Shown here in pieces: positions 28,401-37,997 of a stretch of 64,000 nt of DNA (position 1 is the stretch's first letter; each line of letters opens with the position of its first letter). The notes below the pieces were generated by a model, which did no database searches, was not told the DNA's origin, and was given only the letters and a program-made list of their open reading frames with translations. The stretch spans positions 62,001-126,000 of IMG/VR virus record IMGVR_UViG_3300026521_000003; one strand, given 5' to 3'. Position numbers and translations under genes: made by a program.

Positions 28401-30996
28401 ATGAATAAATATTTTCTCTTCCAAAAAATTGGCTATTAGAATTTTGAGGTAATACATTCCCAGCATAAAAAATTGAATTTGCAGTCATACCCCTATCTCT
28501 ATGAATGTAATTAACAAATTCAGTCTCTTCTATTTCTAACTCAATAGTTATCAAATTATCATATATAAAAAATAATTTTTCTTCTTTCGAATCAAAATAA
28601 ACTGAATTATTTACTTTTTTATCAATATAAAGTTCATCATTTAAATTAATATCAATATACATATCCATTATTTTTAATCGTGGAATACCAGTCAAACTAT
28701 CTACGTATATTATTTTATCATAGCCTATTACATCATCATTACTTGCTATATATAAATTTTTAATTTTAAATCTCTTTTCATTTATTTCGATTATAAAAAT
28801 CATCTCAAAACTATCAAAATAAACACTATTAAGTATAGGTTTATTAATAGTCATTGGAGAGACAGCTTCTATTTCATCATATTCTTCTGTAATTGGATTT
28901 TTTAAATAAATTTTTTTATTAGCAAAAACGAATCCTTCTTCACATAACTCCTGGCCACAATAGATAATTTTATTTTTAATATTATCAAAGTTGAGATTGT
29001 CAATATTTAGACCTCTATTTAATCCATCATTTAACGGAACTATTAATTGTCTATTACAATAATTAAATATAATCAAATTACGTTCTTGATCATAATTAAA
29101 TTTATTTAAAAAAATAAGATTCTGATAAAATGGAATTTTTTTAATATTATCAATCATTGTTAGATATGGTATAGTATTACGACTTTTATATTCGTCAAGT
29201 GTAATTTTATCAATAACCTCAATCACATTTTCATTATAAGGATTAAGAATATTTGTATAATTATAACGTTCAAAAGTTTTTTTATATACTTTACCATTAT
29301 CCATAAATACGTTTTTTCTAATATTATTATTAAAGTCATTTATCTCAAAATTAGAATAGTAATTGACTTCAAATTCATCATACATAACATCATCTATCAA
29401 TACGTATTCCATTATAGTATGAAATCTAAAATTTATACTATTATTTAAATCATTAAAAAAATCTACGTATATTTTAGGTTCATAAACATAATTATAAGTA
29501 TTAAAACCAATAATTAAGTTTTCGTTTTCAATTATTAGTTGGTGTGATGATTCATCTATACCGAATATTTCATATGTTCGAATATATCTCTCTTCTTGTT
29601 CTTCTATACCAACTTTCACTTTAAATGCAACGTTTAATTTCTCATGAAATCCAGAATTATTATACTTGTAAATTGTAAAATTATCTAGAAATCCCGTAGT
29701 TTGCATCGTTAAATTATTATGTTCTTTTTCTTCAAATATTACACCAATTATATCCGTTTCAATTCTAATATCTTCTATAATATGATTGATTGATAATCCA
29801 TTCAAATCACAAATAATATAATCGCTTACTATAATTTTATAATACATAGTTGTATCATCAAAATAATTTTTTATAGAATAACCGTATAATTCTTCACCAT
29901 CTAATGGTACTATTCTTTCATAAATACGCTCGTTGTTTATATACAATTTAAACGTCGATTCATCAACTTGTAAATTTTTATCTAAATAAAAATAAATTTC
30001 TAAATTATTATCTTCTTCATTTAAAAAATAAGTAAGGTTATCACTATCAAGATTAATAGTCTGATTAGTAAATACATCTTCTCTAATAAGTTTCGTTTGA
30101 CTTTTTTCTAATGCATATCCCATACCATTATTATCTACTAATACACCTTGATATTCTTTATATTTTTCGACTATCGATGATATTTCCAATGAAAATATAG
30201 CTATTAAATCAATTATATTATTAATTACAAAGTTCTCATAAGAGATTTTTTCTTTTCCAGAAAAAACATACTTAGCAATTTTTTTATCATATGAAATATA
30301 ATCTTCTAAATACATAACTAAAGCACTATTCGCAAAAATTATTTCGTTATCAAACGTTCTAATATTTAAAAATGAACTTAATGAACTAGCTATATTATCA
30401 ATAATCTGTTGGATAGAATAGTCATTCTGCTTAGATAATTCTGTTAAAATTATATCAAATTCATCAATTAATTGCTTGTATTTATCTACTATTATTTTAT
30501 AATGTTCATATGTACTTTTATAAACTTTCTTTTTATATATCTCTGGCGTCTCTAAATATTTTTTATAATTTTCATCATATAATTCTTTGTTTATATTATA
30601 TGTATCTTGAAATTTAAAATATAATGAACAAATAGGTTGTAAGAAATTATACTCTTCTATAGCAAAATAAAAAAATATAAAATCTTTAATATCATCAAGT
30701 GTTTGTACTAAATCTTTTTTTGAATAGCGTTCTAGTTTTATTTTTTCTTGACTATCATTCATATAAACATGAAATGCTCTAGAATCAATATTATAAGGTA
30801 TTCTAAATTGAGGTAAGAATTTATTTTTATAATATATATCTTTATTTAATAATTCACCAACAGTATATGAATTTTCATGTTCTATATTTATATCACGTAC
30901 TTTTTCAAATAATAGAGGGTTTAAGACATTATAAATAAATTTTGAATCTTCTTTTTCTAGAATTTCTCTAGGTAATGATTTTAATAGATTTGGCAT
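22486..30996 (-). CDS. Giant baseplate wedge-associated protein, gp7-like position (2836 aa)
   Basis: Uninterrupted 8.5-kb ORF directly after gp6. LFDEFLPFHTVL segment and repeated GHDE..DE motifs. Function inferred mainly from synteny. Confidence 0.55.
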   Translation of the reverse strand: MPNLLKSLPREILEKEDSKFIYNVLNPLLFEKVRDINIEHENSYTVGELLNKDIYYKNKFLPQFRIPYNIDSRAFHVYMNDSQEKIKLERYSKKDLVQTLDDIKDFIFFYFAIEEYNFLQPICSLYFKFQDTYNINKELYDENYKKYLETPEIYKKKVYKSTYEHYKIIVDKYKQLIDEFDIILTELSKQNDYSIQQIIDNIASSLSSFLNIRTFDNEIIFANSALVMYLEDYISYDKKIAKYVFSGKEKISYENFVINNIIDLIAIFSLEISSIVEKYKEYQGVLVDNNGMGYALEKSQTKLIREDVFTNQTINLDSDNLTYFLNEEDNNLEIYFYLDKNLQVDESTFKLYINNERIYERIVPLDGEELYGYSIKNYFDDTTMYYKIIVSDYIICDLNGLSINHIIEDIRIETDIIGVIFEEKEHNNLTMQTTGFLDNFTIYKYNNSGFHEKLNVAFKVKVGIEEQEERYIRTYEIFGIDESSHQLIIENENLIIGFNTYNYVYEPKIYVDFFNDLNNSINFRFHTIMEYVLIDDVMYDEFEVNYYSNFEINDFNNNIRKNVFMDNGKVYKKTFERYNYTNILNPYNENVIEVIDKITLDEYKSRNTIPYLTMIDNIKKIPFYQNLIFLNKFNYDQERNLIIFNYCNRQLIVPLNDGLNRGLNIDNLNFDNIKNKIIYCGQELCEEGFVFANKKIYLKNPITEEYDEIEAVSPMTINKPILNSVYFDSFEMIFIIEINEKRFKIKNLYIASNDDVIGYDKIIYVDSLTGIPRLKIMDMYIDINLNDELYIDKKVNNSVYFDSKEEKLFFIYDNLITIELEIEETEFVNYIHRDRGMTANSIFYAGNVLPQNSNSQFFGRENIYSSMMIPDNVYMLGRGQDKNNNTQEHNLLGEQLDIDIDNAKTQNLEEEPYLMFKTNTSSLKGLESYLKSNLKAISNDINVSPVYMVQRNKFISEWARVSTILPSSIYIVDTLKELVADLMETKLISGSYDDLIDIFKNNNYEHFSLDTNNIHNILIAYIRKYLEDDYLLEQFDYYLIHNVWIENNLKVIVDFIKENADNDIVSEVSMMTFNQYDKERLFYIFTDELEKIKKDTIETYKPIINYSDWNDIQENNHVHFEKPFKYDILNINEFIKMSVDWKEPLLLIRPIIDDGVFSKKDYRLLDYSMVTNSYVSFSDNYNEYEDNIKYELNKPVDYLFEVLDVLNRLSIEQGFDLLSVNLVIIRWFVERFLPNYILMNDVKTVEEFKNVIYYELKQFDHPNLSVEYNKIKEHTLLADLGSNTDEIYKMIIDSNLVYNSFINLEITDFEELTYLDSIKQPVEHYFDYLFNIKRYDLITKILALFTEDVIASSMLDLSMAINIKDSKGDATYDIYEKIVQDLFDEFLPFHTVLDKIIFTIKIMESSSAEAVSKEADVLVEDRNIIDIISAFSEKIRIQTLDRSIISSRIDVIFPSEGLKLCGAHDEIPYDYDRSVKVGGHDLMAMDDETYGIDDDWYVLNKEIWKQRPESIYTPPNLANLWWECIPENEFEKVVDTYIDDYFHIKQNIFEQDNVVESHFIDYIPTIDIMNNIDDIAETNVIEDYLIDIDTEFNIRFYDMEQLPMDLYGLDEYSGPEDQTTLIGMKDLMHQTILHEFYEQLNVAILDSIWTDIGILYDVLDIPGHDEFAIDEYYHQSNPTILGQDISTMVYDSLLEQGFETEILDMSDISLKDKFIAKLDIVESENVQICPIDTIHTEIHIWAGRQRESFITENGTFIPGHNEFAYDEFYHNSADLDRIANMVDSLLIDALGVIRVDFGFMRMLPIDPYGDLISQKFYRANQPGSDMHNARVRDSLLYDIHIFSKDIIRINLLDFYTIDIIDENLRSEIYSHIDNDNISEEYFANKITDSLINRHIKYDFREYIVSLDKYASIINDISIVSIFGTNAANTERDNLFKLEISDSISIDTKNKMKIERGMTKFDRDYLRSIKIEEDNFVLLKYKDNNLRARLIENLKTYFNMIEKTNILLNENNYDIINQIALEKQEISLLDRLYYGHQSKFIIDGMTVSLNDKLIDVLSNKIYTDSLVISQTEKTILEDIALDYEFDGKRLSEYHDLYGQMGYTDESIERSITSKLDDSLIFTMTDTFYDNTYLTLYDYLMQDISNNIQDSISVNIIDSITSYINIVKKPWIWQEFDKFGHDEVPHMFHGISEEFDITAELREYLRLDSMNLLYDSNALITFTEKILIDEEIEIDEIGTNISMTDELKIIEFGFKDNLYIQNHDNSIIRKENIDTITNISIFDTVWYGYKLRDNYMNVQMVDYLDYGFEDVKISETIFKVSLSDWLLTKFNLEEEKSNIIFSDSLVEIYDTNIFYDDSINTKIKDTLLIDEYRTLNLDDNVSVTLSDKLYLNDNKIFTDSLTVQSDNEQISYGKGKWFTDKIRGFVLNRLSVDESADNPSDIDVQMNEIFQYSVVNDPRGNIASVRTYERLKYGMIFSDQLDISIFRDEQLYISRKWTVNRYGVDNVIHEKDDVGMEYYDDYSIDNSVTSGLFDDLNVISEFFIRDTLTVYPDDMLDISLKQERINTKDIISINNSDNLMYGVGYYDYIWDYKEWESFGYNVPYETWVGQIPHDEIPYNEFEYDQQGDDLSQITTGVYDNLIVGFDYYFKDTLNISIQDISGFDYYQYMSGFYESLNINVLDNINSSYLILDNKKLQTKIRAEQMKLSYEFDDLVKNHLFSYNDKYRLESIDILDPNINQIIASIFKYRMYEKIDIDINNDILTSALFRFDEYMSLDTDYKTKIDLYKEQTDGSIAKSMTVIKDNTSSIVELIFGDYTEVGIIDKIQGTYAENPNVYL

Positions 30997-31005
30997 TTAT
31001 TTTCC

Positions 31006-33693
31006 TTATGAAACTATATCAATGGTTCTTGATGGTTTTCTTGTATTATTTATAATTTTATGTTTCTCAACAATTTGTGTAAAAACTATTTTATCTTTTA
31101 AAATATCTAATGTTGATGATGGGGTTATTTGTTCACCATTATCATTATCAATCATCTCTATATGTTGTACTTCCTCAACATTACTATGAATCCATTCAAT
31201 TAATCTAGATAAATAAAAGTGTTTACCTAATGGAATATTACTAATATCAAAGAAACTATCAATCACTACATCAATCTTAGACTTTAATAATTCATTTGTT
31301 ATTGAAAATGTATGAGATTTAAAAATTTTCATAGCAATTTCAATTTCAAAAATATTTGAATTATAAACTTGAACTATATCAGAAATCATTTTTCGCTGAT
31401 TGATATTATTAATCAAATTATTAATTTCAGAACTCGTTAAAGGCTCATATAAATCAATATTCTTTTTTAAATCTTTTTTTATTGCAGTAACGTATATCTC
31501 AACTATATTCGATTTACTAGGATTAATAAATATATCATCTGATTTATAATGTGTCCAAACGTATGATAAATTTATTTCTGGTAAATATATATTTTTTGTC
31601 TTATATAGTAAAGTCATTGAATATAATGTGTCAATCGATGTTAAATTAATGTCAACTATATCAATATCATCAAATAACTTATTTAATGATAATAGAATAT
31701 TAACCTTATTATCATCTAAATAGTTTTCTAAGTCATCTTTTGGCATTGCATCAAATATAAAATATAAATATTTATTTGTATTTGATTTAAATACTATATT
31801 TTTAATAGAATAATCAAACATCAAAATATTATTTAATGTATTTTCATTAATAATACTTAATATATCATTTTCATTAACTTTTTTATTAATCAATTTAATA
31901 ATAGTACCTTTGCTTTTCCTTTCCGTAAACTCAGATGGATAACGATACCAAAGATTTGCTGGAATACTATCTATATCAAAAATTTCAAAATAATATTCTT
32001 TACTATTTTCTATAAATTTAATACTATCAAATTTGTCGGCTACTGATGGTTCGGTAAAATATGCTGTTGGAGTAATTATAAAAATCTCATCATCAAAACC
32101 ATCTTCAACTAATTTAAATACAGAAATATCCATTTTCTCTATATTAAAGAATATATCTATGAATTCATTAGTCATTCTAGCACTATTTTTACCGATGTAA
32201 CTACGCAAAATAACCGTAGAATATTTAACTCTAGGATGTAACATTCCCGCAGTCTCATAGTCTGATGCTGTTACAAATCGATCTTGAATACTTCTTAACT
32301 TTCTGGCCATATATTTGATTTGTTCATCACTTTCTGCAGACATACCATCTTTAGCACTAAATCTATCCATAACATCTAAACTTAATGATGAAATTTGTGT
32401 TTGTTCAATATAACTATCATAATATTCTACATCTAAACTTATAGCTGGCATTTTTGCATTCACTACATTCATAATTTCATCACTATTATTAAAGTTTTTT
32501 CTATAAAATAATAATGTTTTTGCAGCAGGTAAAAGAATTTCAGAATTTTTGCCATCACCAAATAATAATTCTATATGTCCATCTGGAGTATTATTTACTT
32601 CATAAGCATATTTGTGAGTATGATTATTTAAATTATCTACCTCATAATAAGTTCTTAATAAATTATCTTGAGCATCATATTGACGTACTAATGTCTTATC
32701 ATTAAATATATTTTCTTCATATGAAATCATCTTAAAGTTTTTTATAGATTTTGTTACTTCTATTGGTCTAGTAAATGTACCACCTTGAATCGCAGGAATA
32801 TACATAAATACATTTTTATCTAAAATATTATAACCTTTATCATATCGCAATGTAAATTCAAATCCAACCTCATTAAATGGAGCATATAATGCGTCTTCAT
32901 TATAAGATAGTGCGTCTTCTGTATTTTCACTATTAAAATATGTAACACTATCAAATAATAAACTTTGGAGCTCAAATGGTTTATCCTGACCCATATATTC
33001 TGGATATATGTTAGTATTTGGTTTATATCTCATTTGAAATTTATCTATAAAAATTGATCTTTCAAAATATTCAAAATTATCTTCTACTATACGTTTTACT
33101 TTAATATTTTCAGTTTCTTTAAAATCAGATAACTTATCAAATATATTATCTAATGTATTCATAAAATCTTCGGCTGTTACATTTTTTAACAAATAATCTA
33201 ATTTATATTGAAAATATCTACTTACTGTAAATTCGATAGGAATAAAGGTTATGTCATTAGTCTTTGAAAGTATATCATTTACTGATCCAACATTTTTAAC
33301 CTTATTTAGAATCTGTGCTCCAGATGCACCATTTGAAAGGTCTATTTTTAATATTGAAATTGAAGGTTTAATTCTAGCATATTTGTAACCTAGCATATCT
33401 GCAATTTTAATTATATTTTTTCTTTCTTTGGCAGAAGATAGATATACTTCATTCATATTAGTATCCATACGATATGCCATCATTTCACCATAAAAAGCAA
33501 ATAATTCAATTAACATCATAACATAATCAGACCTAAAATAATCATTATAATTTGGATAAGTTTGTTCAATATAATCTTGAAGTGTTTGTCTAATAGAATG
33601 AAAATCATATTCCTCAAAATTATAATTTTCAATAAGATTAGTGAATTCCGTAGATAATTGTTTAACTTCTCTTTCAAAAGTTTTTACTGCCAT
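31006..33693 (-). CDS. gp6: Baseplate wedge subunit gp6-like
   Basis: YDFHSIRQTLQDYI..YNDYFRSD..MLIELFAFYGEMMAYRMD...EVYLSSAKERKNIIKIADMLGY and DRFVTASDYE. Start moved to ATG 33693 (GAGG RBS). Confidence 0.9.
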   Translation of the reverse strand: MAVKTFEREVKQLSTEFTNLIENYNFEEYDFHSIRQTLQDYIEQTYPNYNDYFRSDYVMMLIELFAFYGEMMAYRMDTNMNEVYLSSAKERKNIIKIADMLGYKYARIKPSISILKIDLSNGASGAQILNKVKNVGSVNDILSKTNDITFIPIEFTVSRYFQYKLDYLLKNVTAEDFMNTLDNIFDKLSDFKETENIKVKRIVEDNFEYFERSIFIDKFQMRYKPNTNIYPEYMGQDKPFELQSLLFDSVTYFNSENTEDALSYNEDALYAPFNEVGFEFTLRYDKGYNILDKNVFMYIPAIQGGTFTRPIEVTKSIKNFKMISYEENIFNDKTLVRQYDAQDNLLRTYYEVDNLNNHTHKYAYEVNNTPDGHIELLFGDGKNSEILLPAAKTLLFYRKNFNNSDEIMNVVNAKMPAISLDVEYYDSYIEQTQISSLSLDVMDRFSAKDGMSAESDEQIKYMARKLRSIQDRFVTASDYETAGMLHPRVKYSTVILRSYIGKNSARMTNEFIDIFFNIEKMDISVFKLVEDGFDDEIFIITPTAYFTEPSVADKFDSIKFIENSKEYYFEIFDIDSIPANLWYRYPSEFTERKSKGTIIKLINKKVNENDILSIINENTLNNILMFDYSIKNIVFKSNTNKYLYFIFDAMPKDDLENYLDDNKVNILLSLNKLFDDIDIVDINLTSIDTLYSMTLLYKTKNIYLPEINLSYVWTHYKSDDIFINPSKSNIVEIYVTAIKKDLKKNIDLYEPLTSSEINNLINNINQRKMISDIVQVYNSNIFEIEIAMKIFKSHTFSITNELLKSKIDVVIDSFFDISNIPLGKHFYLSRLIEWIHSNVEEVQHIEMIDNDNGEQITPSSTLDILKDKIVFTQIVEKHKIINNTRKPSRTIDIVS

Positions 33694-33812
33694 ATTAACC
33701 TCTTTTTTCCTATTTCCTTTATTTATTCTATTTTTAAACAATTTTTTATTAAAACATTAAAACCAACCATTTATTTAAATAAATAAAGAAAATATGAAAA
33801 AATGGAGATATT

Positions 33813-34268
33813 ATGTCATCAGGAAGCTGGAAACAGGGAAAATATACACCGACAAACCCAGATAAATATAAAGGGTCATTACCGATTATTTTTAGAAGTA
33901 GTTGGGAAAGAAGAGTTTTTTATTTCTTAGATCATCACCCATCTGTTATATCTTGGGGGAGCGAAAGTATAATTATACCATACATTTATCAAGTTGATAA
34001 TAAACAACATAGATATTATATAGATGTCGATTTTATAATTAATGATAAAGATGGGAATCAAAAAAGATATATAATAGAAATTAAACCACATGATCAAACA
34101 ATCCCTCCAAAACCACCAAAGAAAAAATCAGCAAAAGCAATGCAAAGATACAATCAACAAGTTTTGGCTTTTCAAAAAAATCAAGATAAATGGATGGCGG
34201 CTGAAATTTGGGCTAAAAAAAATGGATATATTTTTAGTATTTGGACAGAAAAAACATTAGGATTATAA
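33813..34268 (+). CDS. gp4: Head completion nuclease, T4 gp4-like (TnsA-type PD-(D/E)xK)
   Basis: QGKYTPTNPDKYKG, FRSSWE, WGSE..IPY, RYYID, IEIKP..QT.PPK and NQDKW.AA. Confidence 0.92.
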   Translation: MSSGSWKQGKYTPTNPDKYKGSLPIIFRSSWERRVFYFLDHHPSVISWGSESIIIPYIYQVDNKQHRYYIDVDFIINDKDGNQKRYIIEIKPHDQTIPPKPPKKKSAKAMQRYNQQVLAFQKNQDKWMAAEIWAKKNGYIFSIWTEKTLGL

Positions 34269-34281
34269 ACTTTGCGAACAT

Positions 34282-34316
34282 AAAAAAAGCCAATAATTAA
34301 AAAATAATTATTGGCT
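34282..34316 (-). terminator. Intrinsic terminator of the major capsid gene (also between convergent genes)
   Basis: 12-bp stem AGCCAATAATTA/TAATTATTGGCT followed by a U-tract on the minus strand. Confidence 0.8.
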
Positions 34317-34344
34317 ATTATATACTTAAATATTAATTTAGGAA

Positions 34345-35568
34345 TTAACCTAAATTAACACTTACTTTACCATAGTATGCATCAGCACCCATCATATTGT
34401 CGGCGATACCATATCTAGTACTTAACATTACTCTAGGCATAAATGAGTTACCATCTAAAATTGTTGGAGATACTTCTAATGGTACATATGGCATATAAAC
34501 AATACCAGTATCAGTTTCAGTATTACCTTTATAACCCATTAAAATATCATCAGTTGTTCTAATAATATCAGTAAATACTTTAAATCTACCCTCGATTGTT
34601 CCAGCTAAACCGATGTTTGTTGGATCAACATAAGAACTTGCTGTTGGAGCAAAGTTGAATGATTTAAGAGTTTGAAGAATTGTTAAAACATTAGGATTAA
34701 CGATCATCCAGTTTGCTGCACCTCTTCTAGTTCTTACAGCAATTTGATTAGAAACTTCTAATACTTTAGTGTACATAGCTTGATATTTTTCAGCCATTGA
34801 GTTTGTTCCTGAAACATTAGCATAATCATAATTTGCTGTATAACCTACTTTTGATTCGATTGTTTGTAATAATTCTCTATCAATATCATTAGCAATTGTT
34901 TGTGCAAGTGCTGTAATCATTTCTTTTTCAATATTGATACCTAATGAAGCTTGAGCATCTTGTGCTGCTTCTAATGACCATTGTGCTGCTAGTTTTCTTG
35001 TTTTAGCAGTTACAGTAGTTTGAGTGAATTTTAAAGTTGTTTCTTTAAACTCATTATAAGTTGGGTTAGCAACTGTATTAAGAGTCATTTTTTCACCATC
35101 TTCAGTAGTCATTTTACTTGCATACTGATTAACACCGGCTACATATGATACTTCTGCTCCAGCAGGGTATGTTACTTTCGTATCATCAACAGTTGCTTTT
35201 GGAGCATCTGGATCATTTTGTACTAATGCATTATATCTAGCTGCTTCAGCATTAGCTGTATTAGCATCACCTAAATCAATTACTGAATCAGATGCATAAA
35301 CATATTTAAGAGACATACAGATACCTGTTCTCTCTTTAAGTGGTTGAACACCAACTAATTGATCTGCAACAACATTTGTCATCACTCTTCTTGCCAAAGG
35401 CATAATTAATTTTGGAACTGATTTAATAGCTCCACTAAAAGTAGCTTCATTTAAAGTTTCAGCATAATTCGCTTCATTTTCTAAGATTACTCTCATAGAA
35501 TCTTTTTTGTGTTCAGCTACACCTTCTAATAATGATTCTACTAACATTTTTGGTTGTACTTGTGCCAT
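34345..35568 (-). CDS. gp23: Major capsid protein, T4 gp23-like (407 aa)
   Basis: LARRV..N.VA..LVGVQP, VTAKTRKLAAQWSLEAAQD, EIDRE-like NDIDRELL, RRGAANW and YMPYVPL...FMPRVMLSTRYG. Confidence 0.97.
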   Translation of the reverse strand: MAQVQPKMLVESLLEGVAEHKKDSMRVILENEANYAETLNEATFSGAIKSVPKLIMPLARRVMTNVVADQLVGVQPLKERTGICMSLKYVYASDSVIDLGDANTANAEAARYNALVQNDPDAPKATVDDTKVTYPAGAEVSYVAGVNQYASKMTTEDGEKMTLNTVANPTYNEFKETTLKFTQTTVTAKTRKLAAQWSLEAAQDAQASLGINIEKEMITALAQTIANDIDRELLQTIESKVGYTANYDYANVSGTNSMAEKYQAMYTKVLEVSNQIAVRTRRGAANWMIVNPNVLTILQTLKSFNFAPTASSYVDPTNIGLAGTIEGRFKVFTDIIRTTDDILMGYKGNTETDTGIVYMPYVPLEVSPTILDGNSFMPRVMLSTRYGIADNMMGADAYYGKVSVNLG

Positions 35569-35615
35569 TTTAATTTCTCCTTAAAAAGAACTTCTGTTTT
35601 TTATTATTTCATTTT

Positions 35616-35623
35616 TATTTATA
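35616..35623 (-). promoter_or_regulatory. T4-type late promoter of the major capsid gene
   Basis: TATAAATA 48 bp upstream of the ATG. Confidence 0.7.
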
Positions 35624-35681
35624 TCGATATTTTAAAAAATATCATTTTTTAAAAGATTTTAACCTTATTTTAATAAGATTT

Positions 35682-36911
35682 CTATCTAATTCCTGCCAAT
35701 GACATTAAATTTGTCAATTCATCTGATGTTTTTGTTTCTATATCACCTGAGCTTATTGAAGTTTGTACTGATTCAACAATTACTTCTTCTTCAATTTCTT
35801 GTTCAACATTTTTAATAATTTCATCTTTTGAAAAACCTGCATTAAAAGTATCTACAACTGATTCCATTAAACTATCAATTTGTGTCTCAAGTTTATCAGA
35901 CTCAATATTTTCAGCTAATTTTTCTAAAGCTTCTTTTTTATCATCAGTTAAGATTGATCCTTTCGATTCAACAATAACTTTTTTCTTTAAAGTTTCAATT
36001 TCCATTTGTGATTCTTCTAATCTCGCATGTTCTTTCTTCAACATATCTTTATATTGTTCAACTTTTGCTTCAGTTTCTTTTTTCATTTCAAGAATTTCTT
36101 CTGCTACTTCTTCATCAATATCCCAATATTGTTTAACAATACCTTTGATTGATTCTAATAATTCTCTACCTTGAACTTCTTTCATGATAGATTCTTTATC
36201 AGCTTTAACTTCAGCTAATTCTTGTTCTAAGAAAATCTCTGTTGATGTAACTAAATTTTCTTTTATAGCTTCGATTCTTTCATCAGCTTCAGCTTTCATT
36301 CTTTCTTCTGTTTCTCTTACAGCTTCTTCTACTCTATCAATAGATTCAGATTCAACTAATTCAGATTCAACTTCTTCTAAATTATTTTCTAATTCATTAA
36401 TTGTTTCAACTAATTCCTTATTTAATAATTCTGCTTCTTCTAATGATTCTTCTAATTCAGTAATAATAGATGTACTACTCTCCATAGCAATTTCAAATGT
36501 ATTATTAAATTTTTCCTTTGCTATATCAAATGCAGCCTCATATTTTGCTTCTAATTCTTCAGTTAATTTTGCTTCTGCTTCTTCTAAATCACTTTCAGAA
36601 ATATTTATAAACGGCTTCGATTCTAATTCTTCAATAGTATCTTCAAGATTTTCTATTTCTTCTTTTGCTGCTTCAGCAACACTTTTAGCTTCATCTAATT
36701 TTGTTTTATAAGATTCTTCTAATGTTTTAAAAGTTTCTTCAAATTTAGTTTTAGCAGCTTCAAAATTTTCTTTAGCTTTAGCTTCAACTTCAGCTCTTAC
36801 CGCTTCTTCTCTTGCTGCAATTGCTTCTGTTAAAGATACTTCTAAAGTTTCTTTTACTTCATCTGTTAAAACATTATTTTCTAATAATGGTTTTAGGATT
36901 TCTGTCATCAT
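35682..36911 (-). CDS. gp22: Prohead core scaffolding protein, gp22-like
   Basis: Highly acidic coiled coil with many (I/L)xE motifs, located between protease and capsid genes. Confidence 0.85.
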   Translation of the reverse strand: MMTEILKPLLENNVLTDEVKETLEVSLTEAIAAREEAVRAEVEAKAKENFEAAKTKFEETFKTLEESYKTKLDEAKSVAEAAKEEIENLEDTIEELESKPFINISESDLEEAEAKLTEELEAKYEAAFDIAKEKFNNTFEIAMESSTSIITELEESLEEAELLNKELVETINELENNLEEVESELVESESIDRVEEAVRETEERMKAEADERIEAIKENLVTSTEIFLEQELAEVKADKESIMKEVQGRELLESIKGIVKQYWDIDEEVAEEILEMKKETEAKVEQYKDMLKKEHARLEESQMEIETLKKKVIVESKGSILTDDKKEALEKLAENIESDKLETQIDSLMESVVDTFNAGFSKDEIIKNVEQEIEEEVIVESVQTSISSGDIETKTSDELTNLMSLAGIR

Positions 36912-36939
36912 AGTCTAACTCCTGTTCAAGCTTTTTCTT

Positions 36940-37578
36940 TTATTTATTTTTATTTATTACAGAATTCAAAAACTTCTGAATTTCTTTAGTAAAATATTTT
37001 TGAGCTGCTTCATCTTCAACAACAGCCTCACTCAACGAAACAATTTTTGGATCATTGTAAATTATATCTAATGATTCTTGTAAACTATTTGGAAATGCTT
37101 CAGGAGCACTCGGTGTAGCTACAATATCCACAGTAATTAAATTAAATGATTCTACTAATGTAATCCCATCTTCATGTTTTGTTGAACCAGAACCTCTAGA
37201 TGATACACCTAGTTTAATTCCTTCTTTCAATAAAGCTTTAACGATTTCACCCTTTGGTGTATCTAAAATTTTAGCTCTTCCAATTACATCATTTCCATTC
37301 CATTTAAAACTCTCAATAACATGAGATACATTATTAAGATTTACTGTAAGTGCTTCAGGGTGTTCTAATTCACCTAAAACAGTATATCCTTTTGACATTT
37401 TATCTTGAATTTTAGATACCGCCTCAGTTAAAACAGATTTAGGATAAATCCTACCATTACCATTTTTAGCTTCAGATTGCATAAAAATACCTTCCAAATA
37501 CCAATTTTTACCATCACTTTTTGATTCTTGCAAATTAGCTACATTTGGTGCTAATGACTCAATTAATAAATCAGCCAT
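36940..37578 (-). CDS. gp21: Prohead protease, T4 gp21-like
   Basis: YLEGIFMQSE.KNGNGRIYP, LGELEHP, VSHVI, GVSSRGSGS and DIVATPSAPEA. Confidence 0.96.
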   Translation of the reverse strand: MADLLIESLAPNVANLQESKSDGKNWYLEGIFMQSEAKNGNGRIYPKSVLTEAVSKIQDKMSKGYTVLGELEHPEALTVNLNNVSHVIESFKWNGNDVIGRAKILDTPKGEIVKALLKEGIKLGVSSRGSGSTKHEDGITLVESFNLITVDIVATPSAPEAFPNSLQESLDIIYNDPKIVSLSEAVVEDEAAQKYFTKEIQKFLNSVINKNK

Positions 37579-37580
37579 AA

Positions 37581-37796
37581 TTACTCCTCATTATATGAAT
37601 CTTTAGATTCATCTAATTCTTTCTTTAATTCTGCTTCTTCATCATTAGGATTTTTATATGCACTACCAAATACCTCTTCATTTGAAAGATATTTTTTTCC
37701 GGCCATATATTCAGCTAAAGATGTTTTTAATGCTTCTCTAGCACCATCAAAATCTTCACTTTCGATTGCATCAACCATTTTTCTAATATTTGACAT
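37581..37796 (-). CDS. Small prohead core protein (gp67/gp68-like position)
   Basis: MVDAIESEDFDGAREAL pattern; strong AAGGAG RBS; directly upstream of gp21. Confidence 0.55.
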   Translation of the reverse strand: MSNIRKMVDAIESEDFDGAREALKTSLAEYMAGKKYLSNEEVFGSAYKNPNDEEAELKKELDESKDSYNEE

Positions 37797-37822
37797 GTCT
37801 TAATCTCCTTACAATTTTTTAA

Positions 37823-37842
37823 AATTTTTTGCGCAAAAAATT
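37823..37842. promoter_or_regulatory. Perfect 20-bp palindrome AATTTTTTGCGCAAAAAATT in the leader of the prohead operon
   Basis: Self-complementary; lies between an AATAAATA promoter variant (37861-37854) and the RBS. Confidence 0.45.
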
Positions 37843-37973
37843 GTTTTCATTAGTATTTATTACAATTAAATCTTTTTTTATATATTTTATATAATTCACA
37901 GGAATATATTACATATCATGTTAATATTTTGATTTTGATTTTTAATAGGATTTTGTTGATGAAAATTGGGGAT

Positions 37974-37997
37974 TATCTGGAGAAAATTCTCCAGATA
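37974..37997 (-). terminator. Probable terminator after the tail tube gene
   Basis: TATCTGGAGA/TCTCCAGATA 10-bp stem 20 bp downstream of the stop. Confidence 0.65.
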
